Of a stretch of DNA of 64,000 nucleotides, positions 39,329-49,572 are shown one piece after another. The notes below the pieces were generated by a model. The model searched no databases, had not been told where the DNA came from, and saw nothing but the letters and a program-made list of their open reading frames with translations. The stretch is from Candidatus Latescibacterota bacterium (GTDB taxonomy: Bacteria; Latescibacterota; UBA2968): positions 5,248,001 to 5,312,000 of the forward strand of contig OZ220741.1 in NCBI GenBank assembly GCA_965116885.1, in the 5' to 3' direction. Position numbers and translations under genes: made by a program. Numbering within the stretch: position 1 is the stretch's first letter; each line of letters opens with the position of its first letter.

Positions 39329-39733
39329 ATGACAGCTTTTTCTCGCGTTTCTGAAACACCACCCGCTTCACCTGATAAGATACGAGAATTCTTCTCATAT
39401 AAGTTGCGATGTGAGACCGATCCGTTTGATGTGAATGCAGATCTGGAAAATGGGATCGATAGTTTTGAGTTTATTGACGTGCGCGGTGAGGAAGACTATC
39501 TCAACGGTCACGCTGCTGGGGCTATTCACATTGATCACAATGATATGACCGAAGCGCGAATGGCTGAGTTCCCCAAAGATCGATTGCTCGTGGTGTACTG
39601 CTGGGGACCCGGGTGTAACGGCGCGACTAAAGCCGCTGTAAAATTGAGTGCCTTAGGATTTTCTGTAAAAGAAATGATCGGCGGGATTACCTATTGGAAA
39701 GAGGAAGGATATCCGGTAGTATCAGGGGTTTAG
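39329..39733 (+). CDS. Rhodanese-like domain protein
   Basis: IDVR, GHAAGAIHI, VVYCWGPGCNGA and KEMIGGITYW. Confidence 0.92.
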   Translation: MTAFSRVSETPPASPDKIREFFSYKLRCETDPFDVNADLENGIDSFEFIDVRGEEDYLNGHAAGAIHIDHNDMTEARMAEFPKDRLLVVYCWGPGCNGATKAAVKLSALGFSVKEMIGGITYWKEEGYPVVSGV

Positions 39734-40428
39734 GACATGGCCTGAGCTTGTATAAGCAAGTGGTCAAAGATGCGGTCGAAGACCGTAGCGGGCATTTTCT
39801 CGGGGTGAAATTGCACGCCAATAATGCGACCATCTGGCGTTTCGATACCCTCTATGACTCGATCCTCACTGCGGGCACTTATATTGAGTTCTTCGTCAAC
39901 CGTCTCGAGTCCTTGCAGGTGAAAGCTATTGGTCGTACATTCGGTCTTGCCCAGAATGGACGAGAGATGGGAATTGGGATTGATCGAAACTGTATGATAA
40001 ACAGGATCTTCAGTGCGCCCGGGTGAATGCGGATCGACATCGCATTGTATTTGAATATCGGCATAGATTGTGCCGCCAAATTGAGCGTTGATAAATTGCA
40101 TGCCATAGCAGATGCCCAAAACGGGCATCTGTTTTTTTTGCGCGTATTCAAAAGCGCGAATATCATTTTCATAGCGCGTGGGCGCAACCGGGGGCAGGTC
40201 TTTGGGCAACTTGCCAACCAGACCTTGCGTAATGCCGGGACCGCCAGTAATAATCAGGCCGTTGAGCAGGGCGAACAGCGGCGCGAGCGTTTCCTGTTCC
40301 TCTGTCATAGGCAGAATAAGAGGACAACCACCCGCGCGTTCTACAGCAATCACATACTCGTGATTTAGCGATTGCTGTTTACTCTGTGAAAGAAAGCTGG
40401 TCGTAATACCGATTATCGGACGTGACAT
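39730..40428 (-). CDS. Gamma-glutamyl-gamma-aminobutyrate hydrolase-like (peptidase C26, class I GATase)
   Basis: RPIIGIT, TGG, LGICYGMQ (Cys), NSFHLQ and GVQFHPE (His-Glu). Confidence 0.9.
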   Translation of the reverse strand: MSRPIIGITTSFLSQSKQQSLNHEYVIAVERAGGCPLILPMTEEQETLAPLFALLNGLIITGGPGITQGLVGKLPKDLPPVAPTRYENDIRAFEYAQKKQMPVLGICYGMQFINAQFGGTIYADIQIQCDVDPHSPGRTEDPVYHTVSINPNSHLSSILGKTECTTNSFHLQGLETVDEELNISARSEDRVIEGIETPDGRIIGVQFHPEKMPATVFDRIFDHLLIQAQAMS

Positions 40429-40539
40429 TTTAAAAATTGGATAGAATTGGCAACGCTTTTTACTTGATGAATGCACAAATATGTAACATCATGGAATGAA
40501 GAACAAGGTAAAAATAAAAAACTTGAACGGGAGGCGGAA

Positions 40540-41280
40540 ATGGACGCGGGAGATAAAGCGGCTGTTGAAGCCGCATGGAAGAACGGCGTAGGCGTCTTGC
40601 ACAACTTGCTCTCGCAAGATGAGCTGGATACAATCCGCCGGGAGTTAGAACAGGCGTACCTGGATTTGGATATGGGACCGGGTGAACCCGGCAGCCGGGA
40701 CAGTCTGCGAAATGAACCGCTGTTAAATTACCCCACTCTGGGCAGCTTATTTTCCCATCCTCGCATTCTGGGAATCGTATCGGCCATTCTGGATGAACCG
40801 CAGCCTTTTCTCTTGCAAATGAAAACCAACCGGTACACACCAGAACACAAAGGCGTGGGACGGCACTCAGACGGCAGCCCGACGGAACTCGCCACACCCT
40901 TTCAGTGGGTGGCAACGATGATTTACCTGGACGATATCGACGTCAATTCCGGAGCGTTGACCCACGTGCCGGGCACGCATCTGTACCATTTTGCATCTGC
41001 GTGCGACCCGGGCCGCGTACTGCCCACAAAAGAAGATATTCAGGCGGGTGACTACATGCCGATCGAACTAAAGGCGGGCAGCGTCGTCTTTCGCGTACCA
41101 GAGGTCTGGCACGGCGTAGTGCCCATCCATCGGTTGCGGCGATATATCACCGGTTTGTACACATCTCGAAAAAAGGGAAATGCGCCGATTAAAGAGCGTA
41201 TTCAGGAAGTTCGAAAAAGCCGGAAGCAAATCCCGGAGACATCCATACCCGAGCACATCAAAAAATACTGGCAGTATTAA
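40540..41280 (+). CDS. Phytanoyl-CoA dioxygenase (PhyH) family protein
   Basis: RHSDG (HxD), IYLDD, VPGTH, AGSVVF and WHG. ATG 40540 follows GGAGG (alternative start 40471). Confidence 0.85.
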   Translation: MDAGDKAAVEAAWKNGVGVLHNLLSQDELDTIRRELEQAYLDLDMGPGEPGSRDSLRNEPLLNYPTLGSLFSHPRILGIVSAILDEPQPFLLQMKTNRYTPEHKGVGRHSDGSPTELATPFQWVATMIYLDDIDVNSGALTHVPGTHLYHFASACDPGRVLPTKEDIQAGDYMPIELKAGSVVFRVPEVWHGVVPIHRLRRYITGLYTSRKKGNAPIKERIQEVRKSRKQIPETSIPEHIKKYWQY

Positions 41281-41288
41281 TCAGGGGA

Positions 41289-42881
41289 TCAACCCAAAAA
41301 GCGATCCAGCACATTCTTTGTAATCATCGAAATCGACTCATCCACCGGAAGAGAACTGGGATAATTGATCGACCCCACCGAAAACACCTCTCCCCCGCTC
41401 TCGGTGCGGTGATACGCGATCTCCGCGCCTCCCTCATCGGGATTTAAGCCTTTGGCCAGCAGTTGTGTGTTTTTTGGCGAACTCTCTGTCATCTTATCTG
41501 TTTCGTGTCCAGATGCACCGCCCGGACACCGCATATGCAGACACTTCTCTCCAAAAATATCTCCCGTCTTCAGACCCGTTCCTTCAAAAAAATCGTGTGC
41601 CCCATCCACCACCCGATAAGGCGCGCCAGTCATAATACCCGTCTCCGAACAGGTTACACCTAAGAGATTCGCCTCTGACTCGTGAAACAGATGGAATCGA
41701 CTCTCCAATCCCAACTTCTGTAGATGGCTAAACCCCCCGCCTTTATCTCCATTTCGCACCACCATCGTATATTCGTCCGTAAACACCACCTCGCAATTCA
41801 GGCCATTTCCACCCAGATACATCAGCTTGCCGCCTCGCTCAAACACCCAGGACTTCAGCTTGTAGTACATATCCGCAGACCAGTACTCCGGATGCGTGCT
41901 GATGATCAATACCCGGTAATCGTCCAAATTCAATACCCCGGAATGGAACTGCGTCTCCGCATAAAAATCGTATCCATATCCTTCCCGCTCCAACCACCCC
42001 AGCAACCGCCATTCCGCCGGGGCCACATGGCAGTTGGACCGCCCCTCAATCGGATCGGTAATCCGATCCTCCTCTGCAATAAAATTGATCGGCTCAGGCC
42101 GGTCGAACGACAGCGGTGCATATTCCTTTGAAGTAAAAAGCAAATGCCTGGGATCCGTATATCGCTTGAGATCAAATCGCGCATTCACGGTGGGCCTGGG
42201 AGGAAATTTCTCCGCGTGGATATAATTGCTGCGCCCCCCAAAATTATTATACGCATTCCAGTTTATATTCGACGCCAGCACTGCAATATCGGCACTCGGC
42301 TTTGCCGGTGCGACAATCCACGGAAACGAAAAAAACACACCCGACTCCGTCTTGGCGTGTAGATAATACAATCCCGACCGTTCGGGTGCTGTTATATATT
42401 GCTTGTGTGTCGGGCTGGTATAACCCTGCGCATTCCATTGAATGCCCCTCTGCGTATAATCCCCATCCGGCGTAATTTGCATCGTCGCCCGAGGGCCGTG
42501 TTCATCGTACCATCCAATTGGCCGCACCAACTCTTTCTGCCATCCATACCGCCACAGCGACAGCTTGTACGCCTCCACCGCGTGTACCCTGAACTCTGAC
42601 GGCTGTCCGGACTGTACCCACTTTGGCCACATATATCCCAGCAACCCATCGGTCAACAGTCGGAACTGATAGGGAGCTTTAGTCGGTATCTCAATCGGTA
42701 CTGTCTTAAAGCCATAACCCGGCTTGTAAAGTGTCACGCTATACTTGCCGGAAGGCAAATCCGCATAAACCGCTCCGGTCGCCCGTGAACGCGCCTCAAA
42801 TGACCCCGCTTCGCCTTCAAACTCCAGCAGCACCTCCGGTACTGCTACATATCGTTCATCGCTCACATATCCAACCAGCAT
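41289..42881 (-). CDS. N,N-dimethylformamidase large-subunit-like protein with N-terminal carboxypeptidase-regulatory-like domain
   Basis: SGLYY, NINWNAYNNFGG, LSFDRP, WLEREGY, HPEYWS, YLGGN, GHETD and VFSVGSI. Confidence 0.8.
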   Translation of the reverse strand: MLVGYVSDERYVAVPEVLLEFEGEAGSFEARSRATGAVYADLPSGKYSVTLYKPGYGFKTVPIEIPTKAPYQFRLLTDGLLGYMWPKWVQSGQPSEFRVHAVEAYKLSLWRYGWQKELVRPIGWYDEHGPRATMQITPDGDYTQRGIQWNAQGYTSPTHKQYITAPERSGLYYLHAKTESGVFFSFPWIVAPAKPSADIAVLASNINWNAYNNFGGRSNYIHAEKFPPRPTVNARFDLKRYTDPRHLLFTSKEYAPLSFDRPEPINFIAEEDRITDPIEGRSNCHVAPAEWRLLGWLEREGYGYDFYAETQFHSGVLNLDDYRVLIISTHPEYWSADMYYKLKSWVFERGGKLMYLGGNGLNCEVVFTDEYTMVVRNGDKGGGFSHLQKLGLESRFHLFHESEANLLGVTCSETGIMTGAPYRVVDGAHDFFEGTGLKTGDIFGEKCLHMRCPGGASGHETDKMTESSPKNTQLLAKGLNPDEGGAEIAYHRTESGGEVFSVGSINYPSSLPVDESISMITKNVLDRFLG

Positions 42882-42945
42882 ATTGTTCCCTTCTGTTCAG
42901 CAATCTATCCAGCGTGTGACCCGATGAACAAAGTGTATTTTCCCA

Positions 42946-45027
42946 TCAGGTCAGATCCTTCAACCTTTCAAAATAGAAAATCCGCCCATCGAACGTCCCG
43001 ACAAACAAACCCTCTTCTACCACACAAGGAGGTGCTGTAATTGGCGCCTCGAACGCCGAACGCCCGCGGCATTCGCCGGAAGCGGCATCTAAAGCGTACA
43101 AACACCCATCACATCCACAAATTAGAAGACAGTCCTCAAAAATGATCGGCGCAGCTAAAATACTCCGCACGCCTCTGCGATAGGGAACCATATCCAGCAG
43201 ATCACCCCCCGTCTGGAACCGCCACAGTAGCGCCCCGGAATTGAAATCAAAACAAAGGGCTTCTCCCTCTGGTGTAGTGGCGTAGATCAAGCCATCCCGC
43301 ACGAGCAGTCCGGTCGGGTAACTGGACGGGAGAATCGGCTTGTCCCACACCACCTCCCCCGAAATCGCCCGTAACGCGGTTAAATGCGACGAGTCTCCCC
43401 CACTTACCAGCAGGTCTCCGGACACAATCGGCATTGGATATGGATACTCAACCCCCATCTGCTGTTCCCATGCCATATCCCCGCTTTGCCGGTCCAGGGC
43501 CATCAGCCCCCGCCGCTGCACGAACAGGAGAAGCAGATTCTCATAAACCTGGGGACTTGCGTAGCACGCCCAGTTATCGCTGTCTTCAACAGGCACATAC
43601 CACTGCTGCTCTCCCGTTTTGAGATCAAAAGCCGCGTAACCGGCCTTCGCCCCTGCGTACAACGCCCCATCTGCAATAACCGGAGACATGTAAATCCAGC
43701 GGTCAGGATACCCGGGCAGATTCGCATACCACAGCGGACGGCCCGACGTCTGCTCCAGCGCATGCACCCGCCCGGTAACCGACACAGCCGCGCAGATGCC
43801 ATCATCTACAGCCACACTGTTTTTCACCGTTGCATCCGTGCGTGCATGCCACACCAGATCTCCACTGCCCACCTCAATACAACAGATCCCGTCGTGTCCG
43901 GGATAACCCTCATCCCGCAGGCTCAACAGCAGCCGATCTCCCGCCTGCACGGGTGCTGCCCGGTGCAATCCCCCCGGAAGTTGCTGCTCCCATCGAAGGC
44001 ACAACCCTATTTCGTCCAACGATACCTCCACCGGCGTATCCTCGGAAGGCAACGAGACGCCAGTGGATTTGTGCGCGCAGAGTTCCAATTCCACCCCTTC
44101 TTCTCCGAACCGCGCGACGCGGTAGCCCCTCGGCGACGTATCAATCCCACCAAAACAGAACGACGGAGTTGCGGCCACAACCATCTCTTTGTAAGAAAAC
44201 ACCTTGCTGGAATGCCAGTGCCCGTGCAGCACCAGGCGGACATTATACCGACTCAACGCCTCCAGAAATGAAATCGGCGGAGGCGTATGAACCACCACCA
44301 CGATCTCTCGATCCGCAGGCTGTAGTGCCAAATCCGCCCAGAACCACACCTCCTTTCGCTCCTGGTCTTCAGGTGAAAAAAACGACTGTTCATTGGGATA
44401 AAACGCAAAATGGCGCCCCCCCCAATCAAAGCTATAATACGAGGGACCGAGCACCGCTTCGAAATGCCGGGTAAACGTATTACCCCCCTGTGAGACCCCC
44501 TCGTGGCGTTCCTCATTCCCATCGTGCCCCCCGAACAGCGGGAATATCGGCGTTGAAACCGTCTCAATTGCCTCTCGAAAACGGTACAACTCTGTAAACT
44601 CCCCCCTGTTCGTGAGATCTCCGCTCACCACAATCATATCCGGAGCGGCTTCCCGGACAAGTTGCTGTAGTGCCTCGGCGAGAACCTCTCCGGACGTCAG
44701 CATCTCCCCCTCTGTCACAACATGTGTATCGGTAATCTGCACAAGTGTAAACTGCCTTACAGCCCGCTCAGGTGCAGGCTCAAGCCCAAAATCCACCCCA
44801 TCTTGCGCGTCGATCCAGTTCCGCGTAGAAGAGTAAAACTCCGATGTCGCTCGAAAACCATCCGGAACGGTCACAAATACGAACCTATGCACCCCTGGTT
44901 CCACCGCAAGCGCGTACCGACCCTCCTCGTCCGTCTGCGCGATCTGCTCTCCATTAGAGACCAAAACGCCGACCAGACCGCGTCCAGACAGATCTTCCAT
45001 CACCCTACCTCGAACTTCAATTGCCAT
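42946..45027 (-). CDS. Calcineurin-like metallophosphoesterase fused to PQQ-type beta-propeller repeats
   Basis: N-terminal 'GVLVSNG...TDEEGRY' domain; DTH, GDL, GGHD, HTPP and HGHWH; multiple 'D..SG...W' propeller repeats. Confidence 0.85.
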   Translation of the reverse strand: MAIEVRGRVMEDLSGRGLVGVLVSNGEQIAQTDEEGRYALAVEPGVHRFVFVTVPDGFRATSEFYSSTRNWIDAQDGVDFGLEPAPERAVRQFTLVQITDTHVVTEGEMLTSGEVLAEALQQLVREAAPDMIVVSGDLTNRGEFTELYRFREAIETVSTPIFPLFGGHDGNEERHEGVSQGGNTFTRHFEAVLGPSYYSFDWGGRHFAFYPNEQSFFSPEDQERKEVWFWADLALQPADREIVVVVHTPPPISFLEALSRYNVRLVLHGHWHSSKVFSYKEMVVAATPSFCFGGIDTSPRGYRVARFGEEGVELELCAHKSTGVSLPSEDTPVEVSLDEIGLCLRWEQQLPGGLHRAAPVQAGDRLLLSLRDEGYPGHDGICCIEVGSGDLVWHARTDATVKNSVAVDDGICAAVSVTGRVHALEQTSGRPLWYANLPGYPDRWIYMSPVIADGALYAGAKAGYAAFDLKTGEQQWYVPVEDSDNWACYASPQVYENLLLLFVQRRGLMALDRQSGDMAWEQQMGVEYPYPMPIVSGDLLVSGGDSSHLTALRAISGEVVWDKPILPSSYPTGLLVRDGLIYATTPEGEALCFDFNSGALLWRFQTGGDLLDMVPYRRGVRSILAAPIIFEDCLLICGCDGCLYALDAASGECRGRSAFEAPITAPPCVVEEGLFVGTFDGRIFYFERLKDLT

Positions 45028-45166
45028 AGCGTACTCCTTTGTTCGCAGTTATAGGCAAAATACAATATTCACACCATCAGGCAAAACAAACAATGATTGC
45101 CTGCTATATAAAGATTGTGCATAATAGAATCAGAATCCAATATGTAACCCCTACAAAGGAAGGAAA

Positions 45167-46756
45167 ATGAGTGAAAGACCGAATATCCTGTGGTTATCCT
45201 TAGAAGACACAAGCCCGCGATTTGGATGTTATGGCGATGACGTAGCGCGCACGCCAAATCTCGACAAACTGGCATCCGAGGGATGTCGGTATCCCAATGC
45301 ATTTTCAACGGCGGGCGTATGCGCGCCGAGCCGTGCGGCAATTATCACGGGCATGTATCAAACGGCCATTGGCGCGCAACACATGCGCACGCGCCACACC
45401 AATGCACACGCGCCGAATATGCCCACGCCCTACGACGCAGTACCCCCACATTATGTCAAATGTTTTCCAGAATACTTGCGGATGGCCGGGTATTACTGCA
45501 CGAACAACACAAAAACCGACTACCAATTTACCCCGCCAATTACGGCCTGGGATGAATTGAGCGCACAAGCCCACTGGCGCAACCGTCCCGATGGCGCGCC
45601 CTTTTTTGCAGTATTTAATCGCACCGTAACGCACGAAAGCGGCATGTGGCCTGAGAAACGCCCAGAAGTAGAAACCGATCCAGATTCAGTCACACTACCG
45701 CCCTATATCCCCAACACACCCAAAGCGAGGCTGGCATTGGCGCGGCATTACGACAACATCGCCGACAACGATACATGGGTTGGCGAGATGTTGCAACAAC
45801 TGGAAGACGATGGATTGGCAGACAACACAATAGTATTTATCTGGAGCGATCACGGCGAAGGACTGCCCCGAGCCAAACGCTGGCCCTATGATGCGGGCAT
45901 TCGCATACCTTGCATCGTGCGCTGGCCGGGCGAATTGGAACCCGGCAGCGTCAATGATCGATTGGTCAGCATGATCGACCTGGGTCCAACCGTACTATCA
46001 CTCGCCGGCGTGCAAATCCCGGCTCATCTCCAGGGCCAACCCTTTGTGGGACCACAGGAAAAAGACCGGGATTACATATTTGCAACGCGGGACCGTTACG
46101 ACGAATCTTATGACATGATGCGCGCCGTGCGGGATAAGCGATATAAATACATACGAAACTACATGACGGAAAACCCGTACTTATTGTGGATCCCCTATCG
46201 CAATCGCCACCCCGCATTGCAGGAAATGTGGCGGCTCCATCTCGCGGGCGAATTGGAAGGCGTGCAAAATGTGATGTTTCAAAAACGCCCCGTAGAAGAA
46301 TTGTACGACACGGAAAACGATCCATTTGAAACAAACAATCTCGCGGACGATCCCGCACACACCGAAACTTTGAACCGCTTGCGCGGGGCACTGGACAACT
46401 GGCGCGAAAAATACGACGTATGGGGTGATGTACCCGAAGATCAGATGGTATTTCGCATGTGGCAGGGCACAGAGCAACCGCAAACCGAATTACCAGTATT
46501 TGTGCCGATATGTGAAGAAAGCCCCGGCCGAGAGGCCGCGCCCGAAGGTGGAACCTTTAAGGGACCGATAATCGTACAATTTTACTGCGGTACACAGGGC
46601 GCGTCAATGGCGTATCAACTCGTAGGCGATGAACACTGGCGATTGTACACCGATCCCATTCCTCTGCCAAAAGGCGAGACCACAATTCGCGCAAAAGCCA
46701 TTCGAATAGGATACAAAGAGAGTGAGGAAGTGGAAGCGACTTTTGTCGTAACCTGA
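45167..46756 (+). CDS. S1 sulfatase with C-terminal Fn3-associated/chitobiase-like domain
   Basis: RPNILW, CAPSR, KTDY, SDHG and ELYD; C-terminal 'YTDPI...IRAKAIRIGYKES'. Confidence 0.92.
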   Translation: MSERPNILWLSLEDTSPRFGCYGDDVARTPNLDKLASEGCRYPNAFSTAGVCAPSRAAIITGMYQTAIGAQHMRTRHTNAHAPNMPTPYDAVPPHYVKCFPEYLRMAGYYCTNNTKTDYQFTPPITAWDELSAQAHWRNRPDGAPFFAVFNRTVTHESGMWPEKRPEVETDPDSVTLPPYIPNTPKARLALARHYDNIADNDTWVGEMLQQLEDDGLADNTIVFIWSDHGEGLPRAKRWPYDAGIRIPCIVRWPGELEPGSVNDRLVSMIDLGPTVLSLAGVQIPAHLQGQPFVGPQEKDRDYIFATRDRYDESYDMMRAVRDKRYKYIRNYMTENPYLLWIPYRNRHPALQEMWRLHLAGELEGVQNVMFQKRPVEELYDTENDPFETNNLADDPAHTETLNRLRGALDNWREKYDVWGDVPEDQMVFRMWQGTEQPQTELPVFVPICEESPGREAAPEGGTFKGPIIVQFYCGTQGASMAYQLVGDEHWRLYTDPIPLPKGETTIRAKAIRIGYKESEEVEATFVVT

Positions 46757-46810
46757 CCGCGAAAGGAAGGGCTTAGTGGCAGAAGAAAAACATGATACAG
46801 GAGGTACATA

Positions 46811-47548
46811 GTGCGCAGGATGCAAATATTGACTAACAGCATTTCAGCACATGCTTTACTGCTCTTATTGGTGGGTGTGGCGGTGCTCTCTACATCGCAT
46901 GCACAGGACCTTATGGAGCGATTGCGAGAACGTATGGTAAGGACACAGATTGAAAACCGAGGAATTAAAGACCCCGCTGTCCTAAAAGCGATGCGAAAAG
47001 TGGAACGCCACCGGTTTGTGCCCGGGTCTTATGCTTCACGATCGTACGGCGATCATCCATTGCCCATCGGCGAGGGACAGACCATTTCCCAGCCTTATAT
47101 AGTCGCGCTGATGACCGAAGTGTTGAATTTGGAGAAATCAGATAAAGTGCTGGAAATCGGAACGGGATCGGGATATCAGGCGGCGATTCTGGGCGAATTG
47201 TGTGACAGCATCTATACCATAGAAATAGTAGAAGTGTTGGGCAAGCGCGCCGCAAACTTGCTCGACACATTGGGATATGAGAACATCAAAGTAAAAGTTG
47301 GCGATGGGTACAAAGGATGGCCAGAACATGCGCCTTTTGATGCGATTATTGTAACATGTTCACCCACACAAGTTCCCCAACCCCTTCAAGATCAACTCGC
47401 CGAAGGGGGACGCATGGTAATTCCGGTTGGAAAACGCGACGCACAAGAACTCGTGCTATTGACCAAACAGGAAGGCAAATTGCAACAAAATCACATTATA
47501 CCTGTCAGATTCGTGCCAATGGTGGATTCCACTGGAGCGACGTATTAA
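46811..47548 (+). CDS. pcm: Protein-L-isoaspartate O-methyltransferase with N-terminal hydrophobic extension
   Basis: QTISQP, LEIGTGSGY, GDGYKG, APFDAIIV and VRFVPM. GTG start after GGAGG. Confidence 0.95.
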   Translation: MRRMQILTNSISAHALLLLLVGVAVLSTSHAQDLMERLRERMVRTQIENRGIKDPAVLKAMRKVERHRFVPGSYASRSYGDHPLPIGEGQTISQPYIVALMTEVLNLEKSDKVLEIGTGSGYQAAILGELCDSIYTIEIVEVLGKRAANLLDTLGYENIKVKVGDGYKGWPEHAPFDAIIVTCSPTQVPQPLQDQLAEGGRMVIPVGKRDAQELVLLTKQEGKLQQNHIIPVRFVPMVDSTGATY

Positions 47549-47569
47549 GACCCCCGCCTCACCACCTAA

Positions 47570-47597
47570 CGGGCGGGCACAGGGGCACCGCCCCTAC
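47570..47597 (-). repeat. GTAG-type REP-like hairpin
   Basis: The minus strand reads gtaggggcggtgcccctgtgcccgcccg, between convergent genes. Confidence 0.65.
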
Positions 47598-47628
47598 ATT
47601 GACTCGCAGATTCGTTGATTCGCGTTTT

Positions 47629-48474
47629 TCATCTCTCAATCCACTTATACGCAGCTTTTGAATTCTTCCAGAAAAATTTCTCCATCGCTTCCGGTCCCTT
47701 GTTCTCAATATAATGGGTGACAATATTGAGCACGGTCTCATAGGGAGCTGCGCGTTCGCACACGAGCCAATTGCTGCCATAGACCAGGCGGTCTTCACCA
47801 AAAGCATGCCATAACACATCGAGCGTAGGCACATAATAAGCCGGATCGTCGGGGGCGGGTTGTTGTGCTGCGCGTTCAACCATGCCAGACACCTTGCAAT
47901 ACACATTGGAGTATTTAGCAATGGTCTGAATACCCTGCACCCATTCGGGATCGGGTGCTTCACCCGTCACTTCCACATGTGCAACATGGTCAATAACAAT
48001 GCGCAGACTGGGAATTTGCTCGGCAATAACAGCATTGATGGGCAACTGTTTGCTATTCGTCATCAAATCGAGTTGCAAATCGCGGTCAGCCAATTTTTGG
48101 AGTTGTGGCATAAGAGCATCTTGATCTTCCAAACTACCCCTCTGAAGTCCCAGACGAATCCCGCGATAGAGTGGATTGGCTGAAAAGCGGTCGAGATTCT
48201 TCTCAAAATCTTCGGTCTGGGGATCCAGACGACCCACAAATCCGACAATACAGGGATTATCTGCCGCGAGATCCAAAATCCACTGATTGTCTTCAACGAG
48301 CTGGCTGGCTTCAACCACAACCGTCCCAGCTACACCCATCTTTTCAGTGCGTTCAACAAAGTGGTGCGGCAAAACGGGGCGATAGAGCAATGCATTGTCT
48401 TCGGGCGGCCAGGGAACGCCGCCGGGGCGCGTCGTATCGTAAAAATGAACATGCGTATCAATGATCATGGACAT
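47629..48474 (-). CDS. Amidohydrolase_2 family protein (sugar-lactone lactonase-like)
   Basis: IIDTHVH, VIDH, CKVSG and FGEDRLVYGSNW. Confidence 0.85.
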   Translation of the reverse strand: MSMIIDTHVHFYDTTRPGGVPWPPEDNALLYRPVLPHHFVERTEKMGVAGTVVVEASQLVEDNQWILDLAADNPCIVGFVGRLDPQTEDFEKNLDRFSANPLYRGIRLGLQRGSLEDQDALMPQLQKLADRDLQLDLMTNSKQLPINAVIAEQIPSLRIVIDHVAHVEVTGEAPDPEWVQGIQTIAKYSNVYCKVSGMVERAAQQPAPDDPAYYVPTLDVLWHAFGEDRLVYGSNWLVCERAAPYETVLNIVTHYIENKGPEAMEKFFWKNSKAAYKWIER

Positions 48475-48491
48475 ATCCTTTCCGATCAAAA

Positions 48492-49364
48492 TTATTTAAT
48501 TCCCGCCATTTTTCTCAACACTTCGACAATAGCGGAATTGTCCTGCTCTGCAAGACCGAGCGCAACACCCGTGCGCAAAAGTTGGGCGTGAAGCCCGGTT
48601 ACAGGCAATGGCGTTTCCGTGCGCGCGCCGAGGTCGAGGATGAGTTCTACATCTTTTAAGTGCTGATCCAATGCAGCCTGAGTGGAAAAATCTCCGGTAA
48701 TCATTTTTTCACCTTTAATATCCATCACGCGAGAATACGCGCCACCCATCTTAAAAACATCGAGCAAAACATCGATATCCACCCCTGTTTTTTGTGCGAG
48801 GACGAGACCCTCGGCCAATACCAGACGGTTGAGACCGAGCACGAGATTGACAATGAGTTTGGCTTCGGCACCTTTGCCCGAAGGTCCCATATGAAAGGTC
48901 TTGAGAGAAAAAGCTTCAAAAATATCCGTACACAGTTCAAAAACGGGTAACGTGCCCCCAACCATCACGAGAACATCTGATTCGCGCACCTGCTTGCTGG
49001 ATCCGAGAATGGTCGCATCGAGAAAGCGGATACTTCTGCTTTCAAGACGTTTGGCAAGCGCAGTTGACATCTGAGGATCGGCTGTGGTAGTATCTACGAT
49101 AATTGCGCCGGGAGAAGCCGCAGACAAAATGCCCCTTGTGCCTGTAACCACATCGTTGACAACATAAGAGTCGGGAAGCGAAAGAACGATGCGACGCGCT
49201 TTATCGGCGACATCGGCTGGCGACTTGCAGGGCGTAAAACCGTCGCCTTCATGCGCTTTTATTCTTTCGGGGTCAATATCGTACCCCGCAATTTCTAAAC
49301 CTCTGTCGCGAAAGCGTTCAACGAGTGCGGACCCGACGAGTCCAAGTCCGATAAGACCGAGCAT
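48492..49364 (-). CDS. 3-hydroxyisobutyrate dehydrogenase-family NAD(P)-dependent oxidoreductase
   Basis: GLIGLGLVG, FLDA, MVGG, AKLIVN (catalytic Lys) and KDVEL. Confidence 0.9.
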   Translation of the reverse strand: MLGLIGLGLVGSALVERFRDRGLEIAGYDIDPERIKAHEGDGFTPCKSPADVADKARRIVLSLPDSYVVNDVVTGTRGILSAASPGAIIVDTTTADPQMSTALAKRLESRSIRFLDATILGSSKQVRESDVLVMVGGTLPVFELCTDIFEAFSLKTFHMGPSGKGAEAKLIVNLVLGLNRLVLAEGLVLAQKTGVDIDVLLDVFKMGGAYSRVMDIKGEKMITGDFSTQAALDQHLKDVELILDLGARTETPLPVTGLHAQLLRTGVALGLAEQDNSAIVEVLRKMAGIK

Positions 49365-49572
49365 AGGACCTCCTGTAAAAAATAAAATATAATGAGCCGT
49401 ATCGCGTACGGCTTAAGAATAGGTCAAATCTTAAAACAGACAGAACCAGTTCTTCAAAAATACTGTACAATCGGATTCTTGCCAAATAAGAAAATAGTGT
49501 TGAATCCCTGCGGGCATTGTTTATCTTAAGACCATAACAATATGCCGTAAACACTCACAACAGGAGTTATCA

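Noticed and set aside
43384..44474. Long plus-strand ORFs (295 aa and 214 aa)
   Set aside because: Antisense shadows of the GC-rich phosphoesterase gene, with no recognisable motifs.
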